Origin: an uncultured Pelagibacteraceae bacterium
GTDB taxonomy: Bacteria; Pseudomonadota; Alphaproteobacteria; Pelagibacterales; Pelagibacteraceae
Assembly (NCBI GenBank): GCA_902610655.1
Contig: CACLWL010000005.1
Location: 10,121 to 74,120, forward strand
Length of the DNA stretch: 64,000 bases
Reading direction: 5' to 3'
Position numbers and translations under genes: made by a program. The number at the start of each line of letters is the position of its first letter. Position 1 is the first letter of the stretch. The notes beneath the pieces are model-generated. The model saw nothing but the letters and a program-made list of their open reading frames with translations. It was not told the origin of the DNA and searched no databases. Below are positions 19,461 through 28,624 of the stretch, in pieces.

Positions 19461-20639
19461 ATGGAAAAATTTAAAAGTGTTGACACACTTGTGAGTCAAC
19501 TAAAACCTGTTGAGCCGATATATTGTATCAGAAAAAATTCGATACAATTAGCATCTAAAACTTTCCAAAAAAAATTTCCAGGTACAATTTTATACGCTGT
19601 AAAAACTAATCCACATTCTTTAGTTATAAATACTATTATTGAAAGTGGTATTAAAAATTTTGACGTGGCATCGCTCAAAGAAATAGAACAAATAAAAAAA
19701 ATAAATCCAGAACTTAAATGTTCTTATATGCATACTGTTAAAAGCAGAGAAAGCATAAGTGAAGCTTACTTTAAATATGGTGTTAAAACTTTTTCTTTAG
19801 ATACGAAGGAAGAATTAATAAAAATTATAGAAGCAACAAATCAAGCTAAAGATCTAGAGTTGTTTGTGAGAGTTGCAGTTTCAAATGAACATGCAGAAAT
19901 AGATTTATCTAAAAAGTTTGGTGCTTTACACAGTGAGGCTTTAGGGCTCCTAAGGTTAACTAAACAGTATGCAAAAAAAATTGGATTAAGTTTTCACGTT
20001 GGTTCACAATGTATGCATCCAATATCTTATTCTAAAGGAATTTCAGAAATTGGAAATATTATTAAAAAAACTAAAATTTCACCAGACTATATTAATGTTG
20101 GCGGTGGATTTCCTACAATTTATCCAGATTTAGTCCCTCAGACTTTAGATAACTATTTTGATGAAATTAAAACTTCTTTAGAAAAACTCAAATTAAATAA
20201 AAAACCCCAAATTATTTGTGAACCTGGTAGAGCTATTGTAGCTGAAAGTGGGTCAACAATTGTAAGAGTAGATTTAAGAAAAAAACAAAAACTATATATA
20301 AATGATGGAACTTACGGAACTTTATTTGATGCAGGTGTACCTAATATTGTTTACCCTTCAAGAATGATCTCTAATGGAAGACAGATTTCAAAAAAATTAA
20401 CATCATTTGATTTTTATGGACCAACATGTGATAGCATGGATTATATGAAAGGACCGTTTATTTTACCTAACAACATTAAAGAAAATGACTACATTGAACT
20501 TGGTCAATTGGGTGCATATGGACTGACTTTCAGAACTAAATTTAATGGTTTCTATTCAGATAGTATCTTCGAAGTACAAGACCAACCTATAATGAGTATG
20601 TACGACAAAGAAAAAGATAAAGCATTCCTTGTCGCTTAA
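19461..20639 (+). CDS. Fold-type III PLP-dependent decarboxylase (ODC homolog, probably arginine decarboxylase)
   Basis: YAVKTN (PLP Lys), FDVAS, SFHVGSQ, INVGGGFP, EPGR, GPTCDS, GAY. Confidence 0.9.
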   Translation: MEKFKSVDTLVSQLKPVEPIYCIRKNSIQLASKTFQKKFPGTILYAVKTNPHSLVINTIIESGIKNFDVASLKEIEQIKKINPELKCSYMHTVKSRESISEAYFKYGVKTFSLDTKEELIKIIEATNQAKDLELFVRVAVSNEHAEIDLSKKFGALHSEALGLLRLTKQYAKKIGLSFHVGSQCMHPISYSKGISEIGNIIKKTKISPDYINVGGGFPTIYPDLVPQTLDNYFDEIKTSLEKLKLNKKPQIICEPGRAIVAESGSTIVRVDLRKKQKLYINDGTYGTLFDAGVPNIVYPSRMISNGRQISKKLTSFDFYGPTCDSMDYMKGPFILPNNIKENDYIELGQLGAYGLTFRTKFNGFYSDSIFEVQDQPIMSMYDKEKDKAFLVA

Positions 20640-21679
20640 TGTCTAATAAAAAAAATCTAGGTCATAATAGTAAAAAAGACTTTTTAAATAAACCTGTCGA
20701 ACATATTGATATTACAAAGTTTGATAGCAGAAAAATTATATCCTCAATGGAAAAAATGTCTTTTGTTTCAAGAGAAACTGCCAATGCAACAAAAATATAT
20801 AACGAAATGCTTAAGGATAAAAATTGTACTATTTTTTTAACATTGGCTGGTTCCACATCTGCAGCCGGCTGTATGCATATTTATAGAGACTTAGTTAAAT
20901 ACAATATGGTAGATGCTATTGTAGCAACAGGAGCATCAATAATTGATATGGATTTCTTTGAGGCTCTTGGATTTAAACATTATCAGGGCTCACAATTTCA
21001 AAATGACGATGAGTTGAGAAAGAATTACATAGATAGAATTTATGATACTTACATCGATGAAGATGAGCTCCAAATGTGTGATAAAACTATTGGAGAAATC
21101 GCAGATAATTTAGAACCAAAGGCTTATACTTCTAGAGAATTTATAAAAGAAATTGGCAAATATTTAAAAATAAACTCTAAAAAAAAAGGCTCATTAATAG
21201 AAACTGCATATGATAATAATGTTCCAATATTTTGTCCTGCTTTTACAGATTCAAGTGCGGGGTTTGGATTAGTAATGCATCAAGAGAGAAACCCAAAAAA
21301 ACATATTACAATAGACTCAATCAGAGAATTCAGAGAATTAACGGAAATTAAAATAAGATCTAAAGGATCAGGTTTATTCATGATAGGGGGAGGAGTTCCA
21401 AAAAATTTCATTCAAGACACAGTTATATGTGCTGAGCTTTTAGGTAAAGATGTTGATATGCACAAATACGCAATTCAAATTACTGTTGCCGATTCTAGGG
21501 ATGGAGCATGTAGTAGTTCAACGCTTAAAGAAGCAAGCTCATGGGGTAAAGTTGATACATCAAAAGAACAAATGGTTTTTGCAGAGGCAACAAGTGTGCT
21601 ACCTTTAATTGCGAGTGACGCATATCATACTGGGGAATGGAAAAATAGAGACAGAAAAAACTTTTCAAAAATATTTTGA
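20639..21679 (+). CDS. Deoxyhypusine synthase-like protein (likely homospermidine pathway, SpeY-type)
   Basis: DRIYD, IFCPAFTDS, IGGGVPKN, DGACSSSTLKEASSWGK with the catalytic Lys; TAATG overlap with the decarboxylase. Confidence 0.9.
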   Translation: MSNKKNLGHNSKKDFLNKPVEHIDITKFDSRKIISSMEKMSFVSRETANATKIYNEMLKDKNCTIFLTLAGSTSAAGCMHIYRDLVKYNMVDAIVATGASIIDMDFFEALGFKHYQGSQFQNDDELRKNYIDRIYDTYIDEDELQMCDKTIGEIADNLEPKAYTSREFIKEIGKYLKINSKKKGSLIETAYDNNVPIFCPAFTDSSAGFGLVMHQERNPKKHITIDSIREFRELTEIKIRSKGSGLFMIGGGVPKNFIQDTVICAELLGKDVDMHKYAIQITVADSRDGACSSSTLKEASSWGKVDTSKEQMVFAEATSVLPLIASDAYHTGEWKNRDRKNFSKIF

Positions 21680-21683
21680 TTGA

Positions 21684-22565
21684 ATGCCTAAAAAAACAAT
21701 TATTGGTATCATACAGAGTAAGATTTCAAGTAGTTATAATTCTAATCTAAGTATTGCAATAAAAAATATTAAAAAAGCTGCAAATAGAAATGCAAAAATA
21801 ATTTGTCTACCTGAGCTTTTTTTAACAAATTATTTCTGTCAAACAGAAAGTCATTCAAATTTTAAATTTGCAGAAAAAATACCAGGCAAAACTTCAAAGA
21901 TTTTTAGTGACTTATCAAAAGAATTGAATGTTGTTTTAATGATTTCTATGTTTGAGAAAAAAACTAGAGGTTTTTATCATAACACTAGTATCGTTATAAA
22001 TGAAAAAGGTAAAATTTTATCAAAGTATAGAAAAATGCATATTCCTGACGATCCTGGATATTATGAAAAATTTTATTTCACTCCAGGTGATCTTGGTTTT
22101 AAATCTATTAAAACTAAATATGGAAATTTAGGTCCCTTAATATGTTGGGATCAATGGTTTCCTGAAGCTGCTAGACTTACTGCTTTAAAAGGGGCGCAAA
22201 TAATTTTTTATCCTACTGCAATTGGATGGCACCCCAAAGAAAAGAAAAAATTTGGAAAAGCACAATTAGATTCTTGGATAACTATGCAAAAATCACATGC
22301 TATAGCCAATGGGACTTATGTTGTTGCAGTTAATAGAGTTGGTACTGAAAAAAAAGGAAATAAAAAAATTGAATTTTGGGGAAATTCTATGATCATTGAT
22401 CCAAGTGGAAAGATAATTGGTAAATTGGGAAACAAAAAAGAAGGTATTTTAATTCGTGAGATAAATTATAATAAAATTGATGCTGCGAGAGAGCATTGGC
22501 CGTTTTTGAGAGATAGACGAGTAGATTTCTATAAAGGAATATTAAAGAATCCAGAAGATGATTGA
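21684..22565 (+). CDS. aguB: N-carbamoylputrescine amidohydrolase (nitrilase superfamily)
   Basis: LPELF..YFCQ, YRKMHIPDDPGYYEKFYFTPGD, ICWDQWFPE, YPTAIG, FLRDRR. Confidence 0.92.
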   Translation: MPKKTIIGIIQSKISSSYNSNLSIAIKNIKKAANRNAKIICLPELFLTNYFCQTESHSNFKFAEKIPGKTSKIFSDLSKELNVVLMISMFEKKTRGFYHNTSIVINEKGKILSKYRKMHIPDDPGYYEKFYFTPGDLGFKSIKTKYGNLGPLICWDQWFPEAARLTALKGAQIIFYPTAIGWHPKEKKKFGKAQLDSWITMQKSHAIANGTYVVAVNRVGTEKKGNKKIEFWGNSMIIDPSGKIIGKLGNKKEGILIREINYNKIDAAREHWPFLRDRRVDFYKGILKNPEDD

Positions 22566-23616
22566 GAAACTTGATGGATTTAGGATGCCTGCCGAATGGG
22601 AACCTCAAAAATCAATTTGGATAGCATGGCCCTATAATAAAAAAGATTGGCCAGATCTTTTTTATTTTATTCCAGAAGTAGTTGCAAAAATTGTCAAAGC
22701 AATTTCAGAAAACCAGAAAGTTGATTTATTAATTAATAAGGATAAACAAAAAGTTTTAAAAATATTAAAATTTTATAAAGCTAAAATAAGTAATATCAGA
22801 TTTCATAAAATTAAAACTGATAGAATATGGTTACGGGACTCAGGACCAATTTTCTTAATTAATAGGACAATAAAAAAGAAAGTGATATTAGATTTTAAGT
22901 TTAACGCATGGGCAAAATATCATAATTTTAGTAACGATAATAAAATTAATAATAATATAAGCAAAGTTACAAAAATCCGAACAATTGAACCAAAAATTAA
23001 ACTTGGTAAAAAGATTAGATCAATAGTTATGGAAGGCGGAGCATTTGATACAAATGGAGATAAATCTTTGCTACTTACTGAAGAGTGCTTGCTCAGTAAA
23101 GTACAAGAAAGAAATAAGGGTTTCAAAAAAAAAGATTATGAGGATATCTTTTCAAAATATTTAGGTATCAATAATTTTATTTGGCTGAAAAAGGGGATAT
23201 CAGGAGATGATACTCATGGGCATATTGATGATATTGCTCGATTTGTAAGTAAAAATACAATAATGACGGCAGTAGAAAATGACAAAAAAGATGCAAATTT
23301 TAAAAACTTAAAACAAAATTTAAAAATATTATCTAAAAAAAGAAATAATAAAAAAAAAAAATTTAAAATAATTAAAATTCCAATGCCTACACCAATATAT
23401 ATTAAAAAAACAAGAGTTCCCGCAAGTTATTTAAATTTTTTAATTACTAATAAAAAACTTTTATTACCTATTTTTAATGTAAAAGAAGATAAAGAAGTTA
23501 TCAAAATATTTAGTAATTTTTTTAAAAATAAAAAAATAATACCGGTGGACTGTAGCAGATTAATTTGGGGATTCGGTGCAATACATTGCATGACGCAACA
23601 ACAACCAAAATTTTAA
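22558..23616 (+). CDS. aguA: Agmatine deiminase
   Basis: RMPAEWE, WLRDSGP, EGG, DDTHGHID, ASYLNF, GAIHCMTQQQP with catalytic Cys. Confidence 0.93.
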   Translation: MIEKLDGFRMPAEWEPQKSIWIAWPYNKKDWPDLFYFIPEVVAKIVKAISENQKVDLLINKDKQKVLKILKFYKAKISNIRFHKIKTDRIWLRDSGPIFLINRTIKKKVILDFKFNAWAKYHNFSNDNKINNNISKVTKIRTIEPKIKLGKKIRSIVMEGGAFDTNGDKSLLLTEECLLSKVQERNKGFKKKDYEDIFSKYLGINNFIWLKKGISGDDTHGHIDDIARFVSKNTIMTAVENDKKDANFKNLKQNLKILSKKRNNKKKKFKIIKIPMPTPIYIKKTRVPASYLNFLITNKKLLLPIFNVKEDKEVIKIFSNFFKNKKIIPVDCSRLIWGFGAIHCMTQQQPKF

Positions 23617-24165
23617 TTAGGCAGATTTGAGTGTACCAAGTAACAATCTAAATGGTATAAGCATTAATAATGCTACAAATATTTTAACTGCCAAATCTCC
23701 TAAAGATAATGTTACCCAAGGTATTCCCGTTCCGTAAAATGAAATCGAGAAAAATAAAAATGTATCAACAGTTGAACCCACTAACGAAGATATTAATGGA
23801 GCAATAAACCACTTCATTTGCCTTAATTGATCAAATATTTGCACATCTAGTAACTGCGCAATTATAAAGGCAGTGCCTGAACCAATAGCAATTCTTACAG
23901 AAATTAGGTCAGCAAAATTTGTAGAAAATATTAAAGTGAACAAAATTCCAATTGTAAATCCTATATAAACTATTTTTCTTGCAACTATTTTACCAAATGA
24001 TCTGTTCGCAAGATCAGTTATTAAAAAAGCTATAGGATAGCTAAAGGCACCATAAGTTAAAATTTCCTCTAATCCATAATATTTAATTGGAAACTGAACA
24101 AGATAATTAGACGATAAAACAACTAAACCCATCAAAAACGCAAGGGAAATAAATACTTTGTTCAT
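23617..24165 (-). CDS. yhhQ: Queuosine precursor transporter (YhhQ/VUT family)
   Basis: SNYLV, T.GAF.YP..FL.TD, RIA.GS..AF..AQL.D, DT.LFF. Confidence 0.85.
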   Translation of the reverse strand: MNKVFISLAFLMGLVVLSSNYLVQFPIKYYGLEEILTYGAFSYPIAFLITDLANRSFGKIVARKIVYIGFTIGILFTLIFSTNFADLISVRIAIGSGTAFIIAQLLDVQIFDQLRQMKWFIAPLISSLVGSTVDTFLFFSISFYGTGIPWVTLSLGDLAVKIFVALLMLIPFRLLLGTLKSA

Positions 24166-24446
24166 TAAACTGATTTATTTAATAGAGTTTTCTTAATTTT
24201 TTTTAATCTAAAAGATAAGTTTTTGCTTTTTGCTGATTTTATAAATTGGTCAAAACTTCCTTTTTTATCAACAGAACGGATACCAGAGTTAGAAACAGTC
24301 AATTTTAAACTTTTATTTAACGTTTCACTCTTAAATCTTACTTTCTTTAAATTTGGTAAAAATCTTCTTTTAGTTTTATTATTCGCATGACTTACTTTAT
24401 GACCCTTTAAAGGTATTTTTCCAGTTAATTCACATTTTTTTGACAT
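24165..24446 (-). CDS. rpmB: 50S ribosomal protein L28
   Basis: CELTGK...[17 protein letters not shown]. Confidence 0.97.
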   Translation of the reverse strand: MSKKCELTGKIPLKGHKVSHANNKTKRRFLPNLKKVRFKSETLNKSLKLTVSNSGIRSVDKKGSFDQFIKSAKSKNLSFRLKKIKKTLLNKSV

Positions 24447-24459
24447 AAATTTTAAGAAT

Positions 24460-24487
24460 GTATATTCTTAGAAAATTACTACGTCAA
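24460..24487 (-). promoter_or_regulatory. Putative sigma70 promoter of rpmB
   Basis: Minus strand TTGACG, 16-bp spacer, TATACA, shortly upstream of the ATG. Confidence 0.5.
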
Positions 24488-24489
24488 GG

Positions 24490-25530
24490 CTATTTTTTAG
24501 AACCTATTAGTTCTGAAATATTATTTACGCCAGTTTTTTTTATAATTTCTGTCAATTCATTATTTATTTTAGATACAATATTAGGACCTTTAAAAACCAT
24601 TCCTGTGTAAAGTTGAACAAGCTTTGCTCCATTAATTATTTTTTCATAAACTGATCTGCCACTATCAATACCACCAACACCTATTATTGTAATATCTGAT
24701 TTAAAACTTTTATAAAATTCATTTATTAAAAAATTTGACTTATTTTCTAGAGGTTTTCCTGACAATCCCCCTTTTTCTAATTTGTTAATATTTTTTAAAT
24801 TTTCTCTAGTTCTATCAGTAGAATTCGAAATGATTACTGTAGAAATTTTATTTTTAATTAAAATTTCACACATTTTATCAATACTTTTAAGCTCCACATC
24901 AGGAGAAATTTTTATTGCAATAGGAATATTTGTTTTCAGTTTATCTTTTTCAGTTTGTATTTCTTGAAGCAGTTCATCCATTTCCTCGTCGTTATGAAAA
25001 CTTCTTAAGTTTTCAGTATTTGGTGATGAAATATTAATTGTTAAATAGTCTCCAATGTCATGGAATTTTCTTAAACCTACTATAAAATCTTTTACTCTAT
25101 CTTTTGTATCTTTATTGGGTCCTATATTTATTCCTAAAAGACCAGCAGGTGGTTTGGATAATATTCTAGATCTTACTTTATCTGAACCTGAATTATTAAA
25201 TCCTAATCTATTTATTAATGCTTCGTCCTCCTCAAGTCTGAAAACTCTAGGTTTAGCATTGCCATACTGCTTGAGTGGCGTAATAGTACCAACCTCGACA
25301 TAACCAAATCCTAATTTAAATAAGGAATTATATACTTCAGCATCTTTATCAAAGCCAGCTGCAATACCAATGGGGTTTGGTATTTTTTTACCAAAGATTT
25401 TAGTTTCTAAAAGTTTATTATGTTGAACTTTTTTACTTGGGATATAGTTAAACTTTAATGTTTTAATTGCTAAATTATGCGCTGTTTCTGGATCTAATTT
25501 AAATATCAGACCTCTAATTTTTTCAAACAT
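24490..25530 (-). CDS. pyrD: Quinone-dependent dihydroorotate dehydrogenase (class 2)
   Basis: PETAH, AAGFDK, GNAKPRVFRL, NISSPNT, KISPD, GGLSG. Confidence 0.96.
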   Translation of the reverse strand: MFEKIRGLIFKLDPETAHNLAIKTLKFNYIPSKKVQHNKLLETKIFGKKIPNPIGIAAGFDKDAEVYNSLFKLGFGYVEVGTITPLKQYGNAKPRVFRLEEDEALINRLGFNNSGSDKVRSRILSKPPAGLLGINIGPNKDTKDRVKDFIVGLRKFHDIGDYLTINISSPNTENLRSFHNDEEMDELLQEIQTEKDKLKTNIPIAIKISPDVELKSIDKMCEILIKNKISTVIISNSTDRTRENLKNINKLEKGGLSGKPLENKSNFLINEFYKSFKSDITIIGVGGIDSGRSVYEKIINGAKLVQLYTGMVFKGPNIVSKINNELTEIIKKTGVNNISELIGSKK

Positions 25531-27091
25531 TTTTTAACTTTTCTTTTATTAAAATTTTAGTTTCTTTAACACCAAAAAAACTAATAAAAAAACCAATTCT
25601 TGGACCGTTTTCAACACCAAAAACAACTTCATAAATTAACTTAAACCAATCACGTAAATTTTTTTCATAACCATTTTCTTTTCCAACTGAATAAATTTTT
25701 GTTTGAATATCTTCTGGTTTCATTTCGTCATTACAATCATCAAGAGCATTTATTAAAGCTTCCAAAGCATTTTTTTCATCATTATTTGGTTTTTTGTATT
25801 TTTTTGTCTTTTTTATTACGTCATTAAAATATTTAATTGCATATCCTACTAAACTGTCAAATATAGGTTGTTTGTTTTCTGAAATGTCTGTTTTATATTT
25901 TTTAACAAACTTCCATAACAAATCTTTATTATCAGCATTGCTAGTTTCAACTAAATTTAAAAGCATAGAAAAGCTCATTATGTAATTTTCCTTAGGCATA
26001 TTTGAACTATGAACATGCCAAGCTGGATTCATGAGCAGCTGAAGATCATCCTGGGATTTACCTTTTTCAATAAAATCTAAGTATTCATCAACAGATTTTG
26101 GTATTATTTCTTTATAAAGTTTTTTTGCTCTCTTTGGATTTTGATACATAAACAAAGATAAACTTTCTGGAGAAGCATATTCTAGCCATTGATCAATCGT
26201 TATTCCATTACCTTTTGATTTTGAAATTTTTTCTCCCTTTTCGTCTAAGAACAGTTCATAGGCAAATCCACTCGGATTTTGTTTTCCTAGCAGTTTAATA
26301 ATTTTTGTTGATAGTATTGCACTTTCGATAAGATCTTTTCCATACATCTCAAAATCAATATCTAATGCATACCATCTCATTGCCCAGTCAACTTTCCATT
26401 GTAGCTTGCAACTTCCATCTAAAATACTTGCTTCAAGTTTTTCACCACTATTATCAAAAATAATTTTTGATTTTTTTTCATCTATCTCTAAAACTGGTAT
26501 TTCCAAAACCTTATTTGTATTAGGACAAATTGGAAGAAATGGTGAGTAAGTTTTTTGTCTTTCCTTTCCAAGGGTTGGGATTATTATATTCATTATTCCA
26601 TTATAATTTTTTAATATATGATTTAGTGTTTCGTTAAAAAAACCAGCTTTATAGAGTTTTGTTGAACTTTTAAAAGAATATTTAAAACTAAAATTATCTA
26701 AAAATTTTTTAAGCATTTCATTATTATGTTCACCAAAACTGTCAAATTTTTCAAAAGGATCTGGGACGGAAGTAAGTGGTTTGTGTAAATTCTCCTCTAA
26801 TCTTTTTTGATTAGGAACATTATCTGGAATTTTTCTTAATCCATCCATATCGTCGGAAAAAGTAATTATTTCTTTAGGTATATCTGTAATCTGGTCTAAT
26901 GCATTAACAATCATGCTGGTTCTCGCAACCTCTCCAAAGGTTCCTATATGCGGAAGTCCGCTAGGACCATATCCTGTTTGAAGGGTAATTTTACCTTTGC
27001 TTTTTATTGATTTGTTTCTTTCTTTAAGTATTTTCTTAGCTTCAACAAAAGGCCAAGAGTTTGTCTTATCTATATTAGCTTTATCGATCAC
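25523..27091 (-). CDS. lysS: Lysine--tRNA ligase, class I
   Basis: TGYGPSGLPHIG, WKVDW.MRW, KISKSKGN, GPR.G; GTG start. Confidence 0.95.
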   Translation of the reverse strand: MIDKANIDKTNSWPFVEAKKILKERNKSIKSKGKITLQTGYGPSGLPHIGTFGEVARTSMIVNALDQITDIPKEIITFSDDMDGLRKIPDNVPNQKRLEENLHKPLTSVPDPFEKFDSFGEHNNEMLKKFLDNFSFKYSFKSSTKLYKAGFFNETLNHILKNYNGIMNIIIPTLGKERQKTYSPFLPICPNTNKVLEIPVLEIDEKKSKIIFDNSGEKLEASILDGSCKLQWKVDWAMRWYALDIDFEMYGKDLIESAILSTKIIKLLGKQNPSGFAYELFLDEKGEKISKSKGNGITIDQWLEYASPESLSLFMYQNPKRAKKLYKEIIPKSVDEYLDFIEKGKSQDDLQLLMNPAWHVHSSNMPKENYIMSFSMLLNLVETSNADNKDLLWKFVKKYKTDISENKQPIFDSLVGYAIKYFNDVIKKTKKYKKPNNDEKNALEALINALDDCNDEMKPEDIQTKIYSVGKENGYEKNLRDWFKLIYEVVFGVENGPRIGFFISFFGVKETKILIKEKLKNV

Positions 27092-27178
27092 TAGTTTTCA
27101 AAAATTCATATATTTGGTTGTTTTTGTTAATTCTTATAGTGTTGAAATTTATTTACCATAAAATAATGTTCAAACAAA

Positions 27179-28624
27179 ATGTCCAATTATAAAACAGTTT
27201 TTTTCATCATTGGTGTACTACAAATAATTCTTGGGATATTTATGGCTATTCCAATTTTCTCGCAATTTATATTTAGTGAAATTGATTCTTCGTTTATAAC
27301 ATCTTCAGCAATTACATTAGTATTTGGAGTATTGTTTGTTTTATCAAATCTCGATTATGAGAAGAAAATTAACTTAAAACAGGCATTTCTTCTTACTACA
27401 CTCTCTTGGTTAACAATAGCGATATTTGGGTCATTGCCATTTTATTTCTCTGATCTAAATATATCATTTACAGATTCGTTTTTTGAGAGCATGTCAGGTT
27501 TAACCACCACTGGTTCTACAATAATTCCTAATTTAGAATTAGCTCCAAAAAGTGTTTTGCTTTGGAGAGCCCTACTTCAGTGGCTTGGAGGTATAGGAAT
27601 TATTGTAATGGCAATCACCTTAATGCCAATTATGAATATTGGCGGTATGCTTTTATTTAAGGTCTTAAATACAGACTCTTCCGAGGAAATATTACCATCA
27701 TCTAAAGAAATCTCTTTAAAATTAATTTTAATCTATTTTGTTTTAACTTTTTTATGTGGACTCGCATATAAAATTTTTGGAATGGGTTTTTTTGATAGTT
27801 TAACTCATTCCATGACTACAATAGCAACAGGAGGATTTTCAAATTATAATGATTCTATAGGTTATTTTAATAATGTTAAAATAGAAATCACTGCGATGTT
27901 ATTTATAATCTTGGGAAGTTTGCCATTTATAGCATATATTAAGTTTTTAAATGGAAATAGAAAAGTTTTTTTAAACGATTCTCAGATTAAAACTTTTATA
28001 AAATTAATTATAATTTCTATTTTAATTCTCTTCTTTTATTTATTTATTAAAATAGAGGATTTCAGTTTAAATGATTTTAGATATATAAGTTTTAATTCAA
28101 TTTCAATTTTAACTGGTACAGGTTATGTTACTGGTAAATTTGATCAATGGGGTAGTTTCTCATTATTTTTCTTTTTAATTTTAATGTTTATTGGTGGTTG
28201 TGCAGGATCTACCACATGTGGAGTAAAAATATTTAGAATACAAATTTTATATAAATTTATAATTAATCAATTAAAAAAGATTATTTTTCCAAGAGGAATT
28301 TTTGTAATTAAATATGAAAATAACAATGTTAATGATAAGTTTTTAGCTTCGATTATATCTTTTATATATTTATACATTTTACTTTTCTTTTTAATTACAG
28401 CTCTCTTGTCTTTGAGTGGTCTAGATTTTATTACTTCAATTTCTGGTGCGGCTACATCAATATCTAATGTAGGCCCAGGCCTCGGCTCAGTAATTGGTTC
28501 AAGTGGAAATTTCTCGACTTTACCAGATTTTTCTAAATGGATACTAAGCGCAGGAATGTTATTAGGTAGACTTGAGCTATTTGCTATATTAGTTTTATTT
28601 TTACCCTCTTTTTGGAAAAAATGA
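27179..28624 (+). CDS. trkH: TrkH potassium uptake protein
   Basis: FESMSGLTTTG, QWLGGIG, ATGGFS, GGCAGST, SNVGPG, GRLE. Confidence 0.95.
   Translation: MSNYKTVFFIIGVLQIILGIFMAIPIFSQFIFSEIDSSFITSSAITLVFGVLFVLSNLDYEKKINLKQAFLLTTLSWLTIAIFGSLPFYFSDLNISFTDSFFESMSGLTTTGSTIIPNLELAPKSVLLWRALLQWLGGIGIIVMAITLMPIMNIGGMLLFKVLNTDSSEEILPSSKEISLKLILIYFVLTFLCGLAYKIFGMGFFDSLTHSMTTIATGGFSNYNDSIGYFNNVKIEITAMLFIILGSLPFIAYIKFLNGNRKVFLNDSQIKTFIKLIIISILILFFYLFIKIEDFSLNDFRYISFNSISILTGTGYVTGKFDQWGSFSLFFFLILMFIGGCAGSTTCGVKIFRIQILYKFIINQLKKIIFPRGIFVIKYENNNVNDKFLASIISFIYLYILLFFLITALLSLSGLDFITSISGAATSISNVGPGLGSVIGSSGNFSTLPDFSKWILSAGMLLGRLELFAILVLFLPSFWKK

Noticed and set aside
25523-27091. Class I (archaeal-type) lysyl-tRNA synthetase as possible horizontal transfer
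   Set aside because: Class I LysRS is normal in many Alphaproteobacteria.
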